Shown: positions 1 to 14,673, counted from the stretch's first letter. The stretch: 64,000 nucleotides of DNA from Octopus vulgaris (GCA_951406725.2 OX597819.1:86366001-86430000); one strand, 5' to 3'. Numbers and translations are program-made. The notes: generated by a model not told the origin, from the letters alone.

Positions 1-2590
1 ATTACAGGGTAAATGTTTTTTAAATTTTCTCCTGGTTTACTGAATTAACTTTTATTTGCGGTTGAAGCTTTGGCTGTTATTTCTAGTGGGTGAATGGCCT
101 ATTATGGCCGTTCCTTTATTGTTGATGTTGAACTTAAAAATGGTCTATGACTATTTTAATTTTTTCCTACTAGGCCGCTGGTGGCAAAAGAATTCTACAA
201 AATTTTTTTTGCCACCCTATATTGATTAATTATGAATTTTCTGGTTAATTCCGTAATGGAATCGACGGCTTATATTTATTTGCTGCCGATAAATTTGGCG
301 CGAGTGCGACGATTTGAAAATTTTAGGTCAGATATAAACTTGGCAACGTCGGAAATGCCTCGTGAAAATATCTGTTCCGTCTTGGGCTATTTCTTACTGA
401 AGAATCTGAGGGCCTGTGGAAGATTAGCTTGATTTAATTTAATCAGGTTAGTTTACCATTAATCAGCAGATGAAACGGTATATCGTATAAGAAATTACAG
501 GGTAAATGTTTTTTAAATTTTCTCCTGGTTTACTGAATTAACTTTTATTTGCGGTTGAAGCTTTGGCTGTTATTTCTAGTGGGTGAATGGCCTATTATGG
601 CCGTTCCTTTATTGTTGATGTTGAACTTAAAAATGGTCTATGACTATTTTAATTTTTTCCTACTAGGCCGCTGGTGGCAAAAGAATTCTACAAAATTTTT
701 TTTGCCACCCTATATTGATTAATTATGAATTTTCTGGTTAATTCCGTAATGGAATCGACGGCTTATATTTATTTGCTGCCGATAAATTTGGCGCGAGTGC
801 GACGATTTGAAAATTTTAGGTCAGATATAAACTTGGCAACGTCGGAAATGCCTCGTGAAAATATCTGTTCCGTCTTGGGATATTTCTTACTGAAGAATCT
901 GAGGGCCTGTGGAAGATTAGCTTGATTTAATTTAATCAGGTTAGTTTACCATTAATCAGCAGATGAAACGGTATATCGTATAAGAAATTACAGGGTAAAT
1001 GTTTTTTAAATTTTCTCCTGGTTTACTGAATTAACTTTTATTTGCGGTTGAAGCTTTGGCTGTTATTTCTAGTGGGTGAATGGCCTATTATGGCCGTTCC
1101 TTTATTGTTGATGTTGAACTTAAAAATGGTCTATGACTATTTTAATTTTTTCCTACTAGGCCGCTGGTGGCAAAAGAATTCTACAAAATTTTTTTTGCCA
1201 CCCTATATTGATTAATTATGAATTTTCTGGTTAATTCCGTAATGGAATCGACGGCTTATATTTATTTGCTGCCGATAAATTTGGCGCGAGTGCGACGATT
1301 TGAAAATTTTAGGTCAGATATAAACTTGGCAACGTCGGAAATGCCTCGTGAAAATATCTGTTCCGTCTTGGGATATTTCTTACTGAAGAATCTGAGGGCC
1401 TGTGGAAGATTAGCTTGATTTAATTTAATCAGGTTAGTTTACCATTAATCAGCAGATGAAACGGTATATCGTATAAGAAATTACAGGGTAAATGTTTTTT
1501 AAATTTTCTCCTGGTTTACTGAATTAACTTTTATTTGCGGTTGAAGCTTTGGCTGTTATTTCTAGTGGGTGAATGGCCTATTATGGCCGTTCCTTTATTG
1601 TTGATGTTGAACTTAAAAATGGTCTATGACTATTTTAATTTTTTCCTACTAGGCCGCTGGTGGCAAAAGAATTCTACAAAATTTTTTTTGCCACCCTATA
1701 TTGATTAATTATGAATTTTCTGGTTAATTCCGTAATGGAATCGACGGCTTATATTTATTTGCTGCCGATAAATTTGGCGCGAGTGCGACGATTTGAAAAT
1801 TTTAGGTCAGATATAAACTTGGCAACGTCGGAAATGCCTCGTGAAAATATCTGTTCCGTCTTGGGCTATTTCTTACTGAAGAATCTGAGGGCCTGTGGAA
1901 GATTAGCTTGATTTAATTTAATCAGGTTAGTTTACCATTAATCAGCAGATGAAACGGTATATCGTATAAGAAATGACAGGGTAAATGTTTTTTAAATTTT
2001 CTCCTGGTTTACTGAATTAACTTTTATTTGCGGTTGAAGCTTTGGCTGTTATTTCTAGTGGGTGAATGGCCTATTATGGCCGTTCCTTTATTGTTGATGT
2101 TGAACTTAAAAATGGTCTATGACTATTTTAATTTTTTCCTACTAGGCCGCTGGTGGCAAAAGAATTCTACAAAATTTTTTTTGCCACCCTATATTGATTA
2201 ATTATGAATTTTCTGGTTAATTCCGTAATGGAATCGACGGCTTATATTTATTTGCTGCCGATAAATTTGGCGCGAGTGCGACGATTTGAAAATTTTAGGT
2301 CAGATATAAACTTGGCAACGTCGGAAATGCCTCGTGAAAATATCTGTTCCGTCTTGGGCTATTTCTTACTGAAGAATCTGAGGGCCTGTGGAAGATTAGC
2401 TTGATTTAATTTAATCAGGTTAGTTTACCATTAATCAGCAGATGAAACGGTATATCGTATAAGAAATGACAGGGTAAATGTTTTTTTAATTTTCTCCTGG
2501 TTTACTGAATTAACTTTTATTTGCGGTTGAAGCTTTGGCTGTTATTTCTAGTGGGTGAATGGCCTATTATGGCCGTTCCTTTATTGTTGA
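1..2590 (+). repeat. Tandem array of 493-bp units (~5.25 copies, cut off by the window start); retrozyme-like, one hammerhead ribozyme per full unit
   Basis: The same 66-aa spurious ORF recurs at 232, 725, 1218, 1711 and 2204 (period 493). Units differ at only ~3 positions. The array ends in (TA)n. Confidence 0.97.
389..495 (+). ncRNA. Type I hammerhead ribozyme, copy 1 (further copies 882-988, 1375-1481, 1868-1974, 2361-2467)
   Basis: Stem I ATTTCTTA(389-396)/TAAGAAAT(488-495); core CTGAAGA(397-403); stem II ATCTG(404-408)/CAGAT(467-471) extended by a long hairpin; GAAA(472-475); near-palindromic stem III CGGTATATCG; GUA triplet, predicted cleavage after 487. Confidence 0.88.
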
Positions 2591-2610
2591 TATATATATA
2601 TATATATATT

Positions 2611-2823
2611 AGTTTCAAATTTTTGCACAAACCCAGCCATTTCTGGGTAGGTGCTAAGTAGATTACATCGACCCCAGTTCTCAATGTGTACTTACTTTAT
2701 CGATCCTGGAACGATGAAAGGCAAAGCCCACACCGACGGAATTTGAACTCAGAGCGTAAAGACGGACGAAATGACATCAATCATTTTGCCCGGCGTGCTA
2801 ACAAGTTTGCCAGCTCGCCGCCT
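2611..2823 (-). mobile_element. tRNA-derived SINE with Meta-domain-like core
   Basis: Minus strand ggcggcgagctggc... head, ...ctgagttcaaattcc B-box, gcctttcatc...tcgataaag core; multiple copies in the window. Confidence 0.8.
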
Positions 2824-3796
2824 CAGTATTATATATATTACAATATAGTTACAGTAGAAATAAAGTGCATAAGATATGTACAGTGTAACAATTACATTTG
2901 AGGTATACACGTAATAACTGAATTAGATATTGTTCACTTTGTTGTGTTTTGCTATGCACGTGAACCCCTAGTCCCTGATGCAACAACGATTGGGAATCGT
3001 TATTCTACATGGCTGCTTCATCTGCTGAAAATAGCAAATCATCTTAAATTAAAGATATTCTGGAGAAATAGTTTACAAGAGAGTCACGACTCGAACGCTT
3101 TTTATAGCTTTCTCCAGTTTGTGACGCTGCGGAGCGAACAACTACAGTCAACCAATTTGCTTTCAAGCCAATGAAGGAAAACTTTGTCTGGAGTCACTTG
3201 AACGATTAGAAATATGCTAGATTTCTTTAAAATCACACTACCCTGCCTTATATGTTACAGTAGGAGACACCAGATCATGCAGTAATCTATGCGTGTGTGC
3301 ATGTGTTTGTGTGTGTGTGTGTGTGCGTGTGTGTGTGTGTGTGTGATTATTTATGTACATATGAATATCTGGAAAGAAGTTGTGAAAGCGTAAAAAATAT
3401 ATAAACCAGGTGAAAGTTGCCCGGGAACAGTGTTTACCTAGTTTTCTCAATGAACGACTCAACTTTAAATGATTCAGACTGCTCAGAACTATTGATAAGT
3501 TTTAATCTTCCAACTAAATCTAGACCGATGAAGATAGCATCCATCCTTCCAGCATCTCACGTGTTTGTTTATTCACTCGCTAAAAACAAACATTGAAAAT
3601 TTCAAAATTAAAGCATAAAAGATGCATTCCGCGCCGAACGAAAAAAATGGATAACTGGATATCTTTACTTCGATACATACATGTGTGTGCATGTATATGA
3701 GTGTTAAATACGTATACATATATGTGTCTGTGTTTGTGTGTGTGTGTCTGAATGTGTATACACATACACGTACACACACACACACACAAACACACA

Positions 3797-3856
<60 letters not shown>

Positions 3857-3889
3857 AAAGTAACTGAAAGAAAATGGAGCATTTCCGAC

Positions 3890-4380
3890 ATCTGCTTCTC
3901 TTTGCCTTCAGCTACGGTCTCAATTCGATCTCAAAGCTTCTCTGCTTTATCTCGAACCTGGTCAGTTCAATGAGGGTCGACTGAATCAACTCATCCACGA
4001 GTATCTGTTCTAAGACACTAGGAAATTTTCACCTAGCAGACGAGATGCTCTCTTCATATCGTCGTCGCACGTCACCTCCACTTAAGGGCAATCCACCTGA
4101 AAGTACTTGACCAGCGATATGGCGTGCTTCTTGGATAGGTGCTTCGCCCCTGCGTCGTTAATCTGGCCCCAAAAATGTTATTCAAGAACTCACTTGGAAA
4201 TTCTCTTGCAGTCATCATATTCTCCTGATATAGCTCCTTCAGATTATTGCGTTTACAGTCGATCTCCATCGGTCGGCTTGGTATTTCATTCAACAGCGAG
4301 GTGGCACTGAAAATGTAGCTTAAAATATTCTTTGAATTAAGACCCAGTGATTTCATCCGTCAAGGAATCTACTCCTTGAA
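3890..4380 (+). pseudogene. Degraded mariner (DD34D-type) transposase fragment
   Basis: ORF 4107-4310 contains SSYSPDIAPSDY, matching the mariner HPPYSPDLAPSDY motif. Boundaries approximate. Confidence 0.7.
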
Positions 4381-4506
4381 TGTGCTGGCCTTGTGCCAAG
4401 ATTTGAAACCATAATTACAGTTCTTATATATTGCTCACACTGTAATGTATAGGAGATAAACTGAATGTTTGTTTGTGTATGTACGTTTATATGTATATAG
4501 GCTGAG

Positions 4507-4540
<34 letters not shown>

Positions 4541-4939
4541 GAGACAGAGACAGAGAGACAGACAGATAGACAGACAGGCAGGCAGAGATGAAACAGTTTT
4601 CTGAATGTCGAGGTAAAGCAGTTTATCAATGAAATTGTGCAGCAGGTAAATTATGTTAACAAGGTAAAGCAGTAGTTTCGAGCAATACAATAAAAGCACT
4701 AATTTGTGTAGTTTTGTCTGCCTCACTGTCTATCTGAATCTATCGTCATCCCTCATCTCCGGTTCTCCCTCTTCATTTTCTGGTTTTATTAATAAACTTT
4801 TAATAAATATGAAGTATAAAATGCATGTGATTTTAAAGTTTGGAATCCTTTGTAAATGTGTCCATCTACCGGTTATTCTCTGAAGCTGTACTTGTGTTGG
4901 AGCAGGAATGCAATCGATTAAAACGACTATTAGTTAGTT

Positions 4940-4976
<37 letters not shown>

Positions 4977-5089
4977 GTATCTCAGAGATACAGGGTTCGA
5001 TTCTCTGTAGCCATCTGCTGGCAACTTCTAGAAGTATCTGCCCAATTTTCTAGACTGTTTTTACAGGTATAGCCCGTCCGAAATTTAGT

Positions 5090-5975
5090 TTATTTTCTGT
5101 TGAATTTACATAGGGCAAACTGGAAACATATTGAGAAAGAGATCCGTAAACGTAACTGGCTAAAATATCTCTCCTCACCAGACATCGACATGAAACTTCA
5201 ACAATTCACGTCTGTAATACAAACTATATGCTACAAATGTGTCCGGAAGAGAAAGACCACCGTACACAAGATCAAAATCCCCAGGGAGAGGAAAGTTCTT
5301 ATGAGACAGCGTACAAAAATTTCAAATCGCCTAAACAAACAAATTAGAAGCAGTGAAAAATCCCGCCTGAAAATACAACTGCTGACTGAAAAAAATCTGC
5401 AACTCTCCCATGAAAAAGAAAGAGCAGATAAAGAATCCTGGGCTATAGACAATATAAAATCTAACTCCACAGCCTTCTACAAATTTTCAAAAGAAACAGC
5501 CTCAGTACACTGCATAGTAGGGCCACTCCTCGAAAAAGATGGTTCACTCACAGAAAATCCAATGAAGATATGTGAAATAGAAAATGAGCAATTCAAAAGT
5601 GTTTTCACTCCACCCTTAGAATACTTGCAAGTCAGCAATCTAACTGACATTTTCGCTACTGCATGAATATAAAAGAAGACGATGTGATATGAAATGAACT
5701 CGAACTCAGCTACTGGCCTTGATGGATTCCCAGCAATCCTTCTAAAATGATGTGAGTCCTAGCAAGACGACTGCAGTCTCTCTTCCAAAGCTTCCTTGCA
5801 ACTGGAAAACTTCCAAGCAAGATAAAGAAAGAGAAATATGACCCAGCCATGAAGGAGGTAGCAGAGCGAACAGAGGTCAAAAACTATCTCCCTGACCTCA
5901 CACATCAGCAAAGTCACGGAACGAATAGTCAGGAGAAACTAATCACCTTCCTTGAGGAAAATGACTTGCTGACTT
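5090..5975 (+). pseudogene. CR1/L2/Jockey-like LINE ORF2 fragment (linker to RT start)
   Basis: ORF 5100-5666 (RANWKHI..., IKSNSTAFYKF...VGPLLEKDG, EQFKSVFT), then frameshifted ATGLDGFPAILLK and RT-start-like sequence. A related fragment lies at ~13195-13380. Confidence 0.8.
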
Positions 5976-6307
5976 AGTACTAATTCTCTTTTGCCGAACC
6001 GCTAATTTACGGGGACGTAAATACACCAACACCAGTGGGGGAACAAATGCACACACACACATACACGCACACACACATATACTTTAGGCTTCTTTCAGAT
6101 TCCAACTACCAAATCCACTCACAAGTCATTAAGCGGCCAGAGAGTATAAAAGAAGACACCTACCCAAGGTGCCACGCTGTGGGACTAAACTCGGAAACAT
6201 GCAGTTTGGAAGCAAACTCAAGACCACACAACAAAGCCTGCAAACACACACACAAACGCATACACACACACACGTATAAACATTATCGATGACACTTTCA
6301 TAGGATA

Positions 6308-6820
6308 CTAGCAGTATCGCCCGGCGTTGCTCGGGTTTGTAAGGGAAATAACTATATAAGCATTTTTAGAGAGTTACTTCCCTTATAGATGCCAATTCGG
6401 GCTTTCTTAGCCATTTCTGTTTTGGTGTCTTCAAGCCATGAAGTCGTTGTTCTAAAAGAACGCTGGTCTCCTTGACAACGCTTTACGACGTTGATTTCCT
6501 TACACTCCCTTCCCCACAGCTTCACGAGGGAGGGAAGAAGAGGGAGAAGCAAACAGGTGCAGGTGTGACCATGGACGCCAACTCCGCCGCCATCGACACA
6601 CGAAAAATTATGCATTAAAATGGAATAAAAAATGATGTTAAATTATTTTTAAAATCGTAGACTCATCGTAGACGCACGCTAATACCCAGACAGGCTCGAT
6701 ATGAATCACGACTATAAGATACCCGGTTTTGGTTAAACTGCACCGCAAAATGTGGGAGTAGTTAGGAATCTAAATCGAAGGGGACAGACACTCACACAAC
6801 TACAGTTTTATATATATAGA
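6308..6820 (-). mobile_element. Non-autonomous Helitron
   Basis: Minus strand A|TCTATATATATAAAACTGTAGTTG... to cccgagcaacgccggg hairpin + CTAG|T. Ends resemble those of the 43376-45527 element. Confidence 0.88.
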
Positions 6821-7324
6821 TATGCTTTGTTTATACACCCATTAGCTGCAGGACAGCGTTCTGAGAAGCACTTCTTCATGGCGCCAACCGTTAAAAAGTC
6901 ACTGACTATCTCAGACCAGGCAAACAACTCATTCAGAAGGGCAACGAGTTCGATGAAAATCGATATTTCGATATCGTTTTAGTTCATTGGCACTGTATAC
7001 CCGACTGACCTCGAAGCGATCGTATCGCTGGTCAGATATGTATTCAAATAGTGTAAAGTCTCTTTGCTGATGTGTTGTGGCGTAGCCTTTATGAAACAAA
7101 AGTAGTATCTGAATTTAAATTAACTCTAATATTTCGCTTTCGTTTTAGCTCATCCGTGACGTACACCGGATTAACCACAAAACGTATATATTTGCGTATG
7201 TGTGTATCAGTATATATGTAAATGTGTGTGTGTGTGTGTGTGTGCGTGTGTAATATATAAATGTATATGTATATATATATATATATAAGAAAGTTGGTTT
7301 GTGAAAGCACGTGGTTGAATATAC

Positions 7325-7575
7325 AGAAAATAGTAAAAAGTGAAAAAACTACAGAAGGCTTGTTTTAAAAGGTTAAAGAATATATATTTAAGTCAATATG
7401 TCTGAAGAATATTATAAATTTTTTTCTTACAATGACATAGTTTAGAAGAAACTTTCTTCTATACTATGTCATTGTAAGAAAAAAATTTATAATATTCTTC
7501 AGACATATTGACTTAAATATATATTCTTTAACCTTTTAAAACAAGCCTTCTGTAGTTTTTTCACTTTTTACTATT

Positions 7576-7579
<4 letters not shown>
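7325..7579. repeat. Near-perfect palindrome, 127-bp arms around position 7452
   Basis: Arms are reverse complements with one visible mismatch and a 1-nt spacer. Confidence 0.93.
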
Positions 7580-7667
<88 letters not shown>

Positions 7668-7671
<4 letters not shown>

Positions 7672-7821
7672 GTTATATTTCGGAATGGTCATTTTGCCAG
7701 TTTAGCCAATAAAATCACACGCACTATATATTTGGTGTTACTTTGCTTCAGTGTTATTTATTTTTTGCTTTAATCTTATTGGCTAAACTGGCAAAATGAC
7801 CATTCCGAAATATAACAATAT
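7668..7821. repeat. Inverted repeat, ~43-bp arms, between (TA)n tracts
   Basis: tattgttatatttcggaatggtcattttgccagtttagccaata versus tattggctaaactggcaaaatgaccattccgaaatataacaata. Confidence 0.88.
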
Positions 7822-7852
7822 CTGTTTCAACACACGACATAAAAAATCTTGC

Positions 7853-8481
<629 letters not shown>

Positions 8482-8557
8482 TATATATATGTATAATCCT
8501 AATGATTTTGCTTTCATTTCGTAATAGACAGCTATCATGGAGTAAATGCCAGCTTTC

Positions 8558-8591
<34 letters not shown>

Positions 8592-8825
8592 GTATATATC
8601 TATTTATCACTCGAAGAGACACATCTGCACCGTAGGATGCTCCTAAACCAGTTGTTAAGTATCCCACCCGTGAGGTATCGATGCTAGATGCGTCGAAACG
8701 ATTAAAGAGATCAATAAAAAATTTTCCATCTTCCGTCTCTCATTCACCAAATACATAACGGACTGTGCTTTATCAATAAGCTACAAGATATAAACCATTC
8801 GTTTTATTATCTTATAATAATAATA

Positions 8826-8862
<37 letters not shown>

Positions 8863-9076
8863 GTACACATACATATATGTGTATATGTATTTTTGTATGT
8901 ATGTTCGTATGTCCATATAGTTTTGATTGCTTTCATTGCATATGCGCATCGTTATCCATCACTAAACATTATCTACTTTGAGTTCAGCCTTTAAAAATGA
9001 ATTAGTTCCCCTTTTCCTGAAGTTTCAAAAATGTTTATGGCGTAAACAAAACAAAACATGTATTTATGTATATATA

Positions 9077-9705
9077 CTAGGTGAATAACCCTATCGTTGC
9101 CAAGCAATTTTTAGAATAGAACGTCTTGCATTAATATTTATTCTATGTCAGAGCATGCATTCTCCGACAGATAGGTCTTTTAATCGAGACAGATTTGTGC
9201 AATTTTTCGGATAAAAACTTCGTTGAGGATTTTTTCCCTTTCAAAATTATTTACACATCTATTCCACCGGTTCACATGACTTTATTCATTAAAACTTCAG
9301 AAGTTCTTACAACTTTGCTCTTCCTAATTGCTCTTCCTAATGATTTTGCTTTCATTTCGTAATAGACAGCTATCATGGAGTAAATGCCAGCTTTCGAAAT
9401 CTGTTTTCTGGTTAGGTAAAACTGATTAAACTTTAAAACTCAGTAACATTTTTCTGCAATTTTTCTGGCATAAATAAATAACAAAATCCAATTTAACGTG
9501 AAAAATTATTACAATTTACCTAATTTTAAATTTTTGACGTAATTTTGAAATCTCACAATATGTGACAGCAACAGGGAAGTCCCTACAAAAGTAGAGAGAC
9601 GGACAGTTATAGGACGTGACATACACGCGCCCGCGCACACACACATACACACATTTACAAACGTACACACTGGTAATCACGAGTTTAAAATAATGTATAG
9701 TACAC
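9077..9705 (-). mobile_element. Probable non-autonomous Helitron
   Basis: Minus 3' end ...ttggcaacgatagggttattcacCTAG|T at 9077. The 5'-end-like sequence near 9700 is duplicated at 10960-10991, where it reads A|TCTACTATAC. Confidence 0.55.
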
Positions 9706-9711
9706 CTGTGC

Positions 9712-10862
<1,151 letters not shown>

Positions 10863-10870
10863 TGTGTGTG

Positions 10871-10957
<87 letters not shown>

Positions 10958-11026
10958 AGTTAATCACGAGTTTAAAATACTGTATAGTAGATATGTGTAT
11001 GCATGTGTATATATATATATAGATGT

Positions 11027-11345
11027 GAGGGCGCGTGGCTTAGTGGTTAGGGCATTCGGCTCATGATCGTAAGGTCGTGAGTTCGATTCCCGGCGACGCG
11101 TTGTGTCCTTGAGCAAGACACTTTATTTCACGTTGTTCCAGTCCACTCAGCTGGCAAAAATGAGTTGTACTTGTATTTCAAAGGGTCAGCCTTGTCACTC
11201 TCTGTGTCACGCTGATTATCCCCGAGAACTACGTTAAGGGTACACGTGTCTGTGGAATGCTCAGCCATTTGCACGTTAATTTCACGAGCAAGCTGTTCCG
11301 TTGATCGTATCAGCTGGGACCCTCGTCGTCGTAATCGGCGGAGTC
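11027..11345 (+). mobile_element. tRNA-derived SINE
   Basis: gcgcgtggcttagtggttagg A-box, gagttcgattccc B-box, gtgtccttgagcaagacactt core. Confidence 0.85.
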
Positions 11346-11579
11346 TTTATATATATAGATATGTATGTGTGTATGTGTCAGTGAGTGAGTGTTTGTTTGC
11401 GATGGATAGCAGAAAAGCCACCTACTCCGTCTCTCCTTAAAGCTACGTATTCCTCACACATCCCTTTCTCTGATGGACTTCCCTTTCTACGATGGACATC
11501 CCTTTCTATGATGGACTTCCTCGTCTAGACAACATATGAGTGTTCAGCCTTTGCCGAATTACCTGCGCAAATGATTTGT

Positions 11580-11745
11580 GTATAGTGATCGACGTTACAC
11601 GGTGCACCACGCGTCAAGTGCCAAAATGATCGCAGAGCAATGTGAGATGAAGTATTTTGTTCAAGAACACAACGCACCACCCGGTCCAGGAATTGAAACC
11701 ACGGTATCGCGATTGTAAGTGCAACACCTTAACCACTAGTCTGAG
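11580..11745 (-). mobile_element. tRNA-derived SINE fragment (related copy ~22615-22790+)
   Basis: Minus strand ctagtggttaaggtgttgcac...ggtttcaattcctggaccggg. Confidence 0.7.
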
Positions 11746-11761
11746 CATATATGTGTATGTC

Positions 11762-11803
<42 letters not shown>

Positions 11804-12772
11804 CGTGTGTCTGTGTCTGTTGTGCGTGTGTTCTCTGTGTATGTGTATACAGGCATATCTCAATTTAATCAGTAAATGGGTTCAAATCATGCGACTTAAC
11901 TCGAAAAGTGACGTAACACAAAAGAACTTTTAAGAAATATTGGCTCATATCCGTCTTTGCGTATTTTTACACGTATTTTATTTGACTTTTTCCCTTTCAA
12001 AACTGGTTTTTAGGTGGGGGTTTTTAAAAAGTTTTTATGCTTTTAAATTTGTTCACAGAGACCAACATAAAATCCGATAAATTGGTTGAATTTGTTGCTT
12101 ATTTTTTCCCATTACGTTTATGAATTTGTTTTGCAAGATCTTTGATTTGAAACTATGTGTTGAAACAGATACTGTTATACTTCGTGGTGGTCTTTTTTGC
12201 CACATAAATACACGCAAGGTATTAATTAGTCAGCCTGAGACTAAATTTGAAGATACTTGCCAAACGTACCACGCGAAACCACATGTTTGCAACGCAAGCT
12301 TCTTCACCATACTGCATGATTTTTACGATTATGAATTGCAAATGTTAATACAAAAAAGAAATTAGTAGGTGATTTATCAATTTAGAGCATATTTGTACTT
12401 TTGTCGTTTCATAGTTCAGGAGCCATTTGTATGGCAGCTAGTGATGGATTGCCAAAATTGACAAGAACAACGTTGGTAAACTTTGGGAAAAGTTATTTTT
12501 CTATAACAATATTTCCTTTTAGAAATTCTGTCAGATTCCTGTCAAAAACAGCAGCGCAATAACGAACAACACAAACAACGGCAAAATGTTTCATACAATC
12601 ACTTCCTCCCAAACATAAAAATATCTTTTGTCGCAACTTAAAATGTCCACCCCTTACTAAAACAAACAATAGATTTCCACCTTTTAATCTCCCATTACGT
12701 ACAACATACACGCATTCGCACACGCACGCGCGCAGGTGTGTATGTGTGAGTATATATACACATCTATGTATG

Positions 12773-12836
<64 letters not shown>

Positions 12837-12889
12837 ACATAAAACTTACTAGGAAAAGGATGCATGTGGTTCAATCAAATAATAGTATA

Positions 12890-12950
<61 letters not shown>

Positions 12951-13526
12951 TATATACATATATACATACGTATACATACATACTTACAAGTATACGTATA
13001 TACATATGCATATGTGGGCACAGGACATCACAAAACGTAAACAACAAAAACGACGAAATGCGAGGACATGGAATATGAACTTTCTTTGCGAACAACTAAA
13101 GAAACCAATGGAAAACAAGACAAACAACACAAAGAACAACTATTCATCAGTTGTCGGCTGTTTTTCTAATCAGTATTTCGAGCAATTTACAAGATACATG
13201 AATCTGAACTCATCTACTGGCCTTCATGGTTTCCCAGCAATCCTTCTAAAAGCATGTAAGTGAATCCTAGCAAGATCACTGCCGTCCCTCTTCCAGAGCT
13301 TCCTTACAACTAGAAAACTTCCAAATAAGCTGAAGGAAGGTAAAATATGCCCTATTCATAAAGGAGAGGCCAAAAAACTACAGACTCTCTTTCCCCTCTT
13401 TCTCTTTTGCTCTCTCTCTCTCTCTTTCTTTCTCTCTCTCGTTACTCACATGTGACCATCGTCCATCTATCTTCTCCTCACGTGACCATCTTTCTTTTTC
13501 TGCACGGACGTTTAAACGAACAGACG

Positions 13527-13571
<45 letters not shown>

Positions 13572-13953
13572 GCTTTTCTCTTTTCAAAAAAGATGTTTCT
13601 CCCAACGTTCACTATTTTCCTCTCGTTCTAGTCTAACGACCTCCATGTTTCTTTCCGTTCAGTTCCCTTGTATGTCTGGACTGTTATTTTTTGTATTCCC
13701 AGCTTTGACCCTCCATAAAGCCTAAACGTTGTTTTAGAATTTATGGGAGCAACTGCCTTTGAAGACTCTGACAATTGATGAACAGTTCTTTCTCTGTTTT
13801 CCATTTTTCTATTCGTTGTTTATCTATTTCATTCGTTTTCCCCTCTTTGTTTACATATTTCATGTTATTTGCACGGTTGGTGACGTATGCACCCATGTAT
13901 TCATATGTATATATATATATACATACATATATATATATATACATACATATATA

Positions 13954-14062
<109 letters not shown>

Positions 14063-14091
14063 GTATTTATATATATATATATATATGTATG

Positions 14092-14127
<36 letters not shown>

Positions 14128-14177
14128 ATTGAAGAAATGGAGTTGAACAAAGATTGAACAGAAATCGTTTTATTGCA

Positions 14178-14257
14178 TTCTACACGTGTTTCGAAAGGCA
14201 CAATTTACCAAATTCCGATTGAATAAGGAGACCATATTGTGTCTTTCTCTTCAGGAA
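14178..14257 (-). ncRNA. Minimal hammerhead ribozyme motif (PLE-type)
   Basis: Minus: TTC CTGAAGA GAAAGACACAAT...ATTGTGCCTTTC GAAA CACGTG TA GAA; 12-nt stem II with one mismatch, palindromic stem III, short stem I. Confidence 0.7.
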
Positions 14258-14641
14258 AAAATAGGAAATCCGTTGGAAAAAACAAAAACAGAACAGAGGC
14301 GGAGCAAAACAAATCGAACGAGGCTCCTAAGAGCCCATGGCCAAACTGATTATCAATGTATGTTGAAAACTGGTGGTGGGTACGTTGAAGGTTTTAACGG
14401 GTCAGGCAGCGGTCATTCCGGTGGGTGGTAGATGTTCTTTGTGACCGAGACTAAAGTTCTGACTATTTAAAGAATATTAGGTGTATTATATGGGGCGGGA
14501 CAAAATCTACTTAGAAACATGTGTGTGTGTACTGTTCTATGTGTTCGTATGTGCGTTTGATCACGTGGCCGTCAGTTGGTAAACAGCCCTACACAATGGT
14601 CACTGCTATAAAATCCGTCGGGTGGCAGAAAAAATTTTTTT

Positions 14642-14673
<32 letters not shown>

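Noticed and set aside
232-2404. Five identical 66-aa ORFs
   Set aside because: By-product of the tandem repeat; no recognisable domain, and the ORF overlaps the ribozyme.
1-2590. CRISPR-like or rDNA/snRNA array
   Set aside because: No unique spacers and no recognisable 5S, snRNA or tRNA sequence in the unit.
8665-8710. Hammerhead-like ...tcGAAACGATTAAAG
   Set aside because: The 5' core (ccgtgag) does not fit CUGANGA and stem I is missing; at best a decayed copy.
13015-13200. GAAA...CTGATGA order suggesting a type II hammerhead (also 19490-19630 and 25060-25110)
   Set aside because: The repeat family is real, but stems I and III cannot be paired convincingly.
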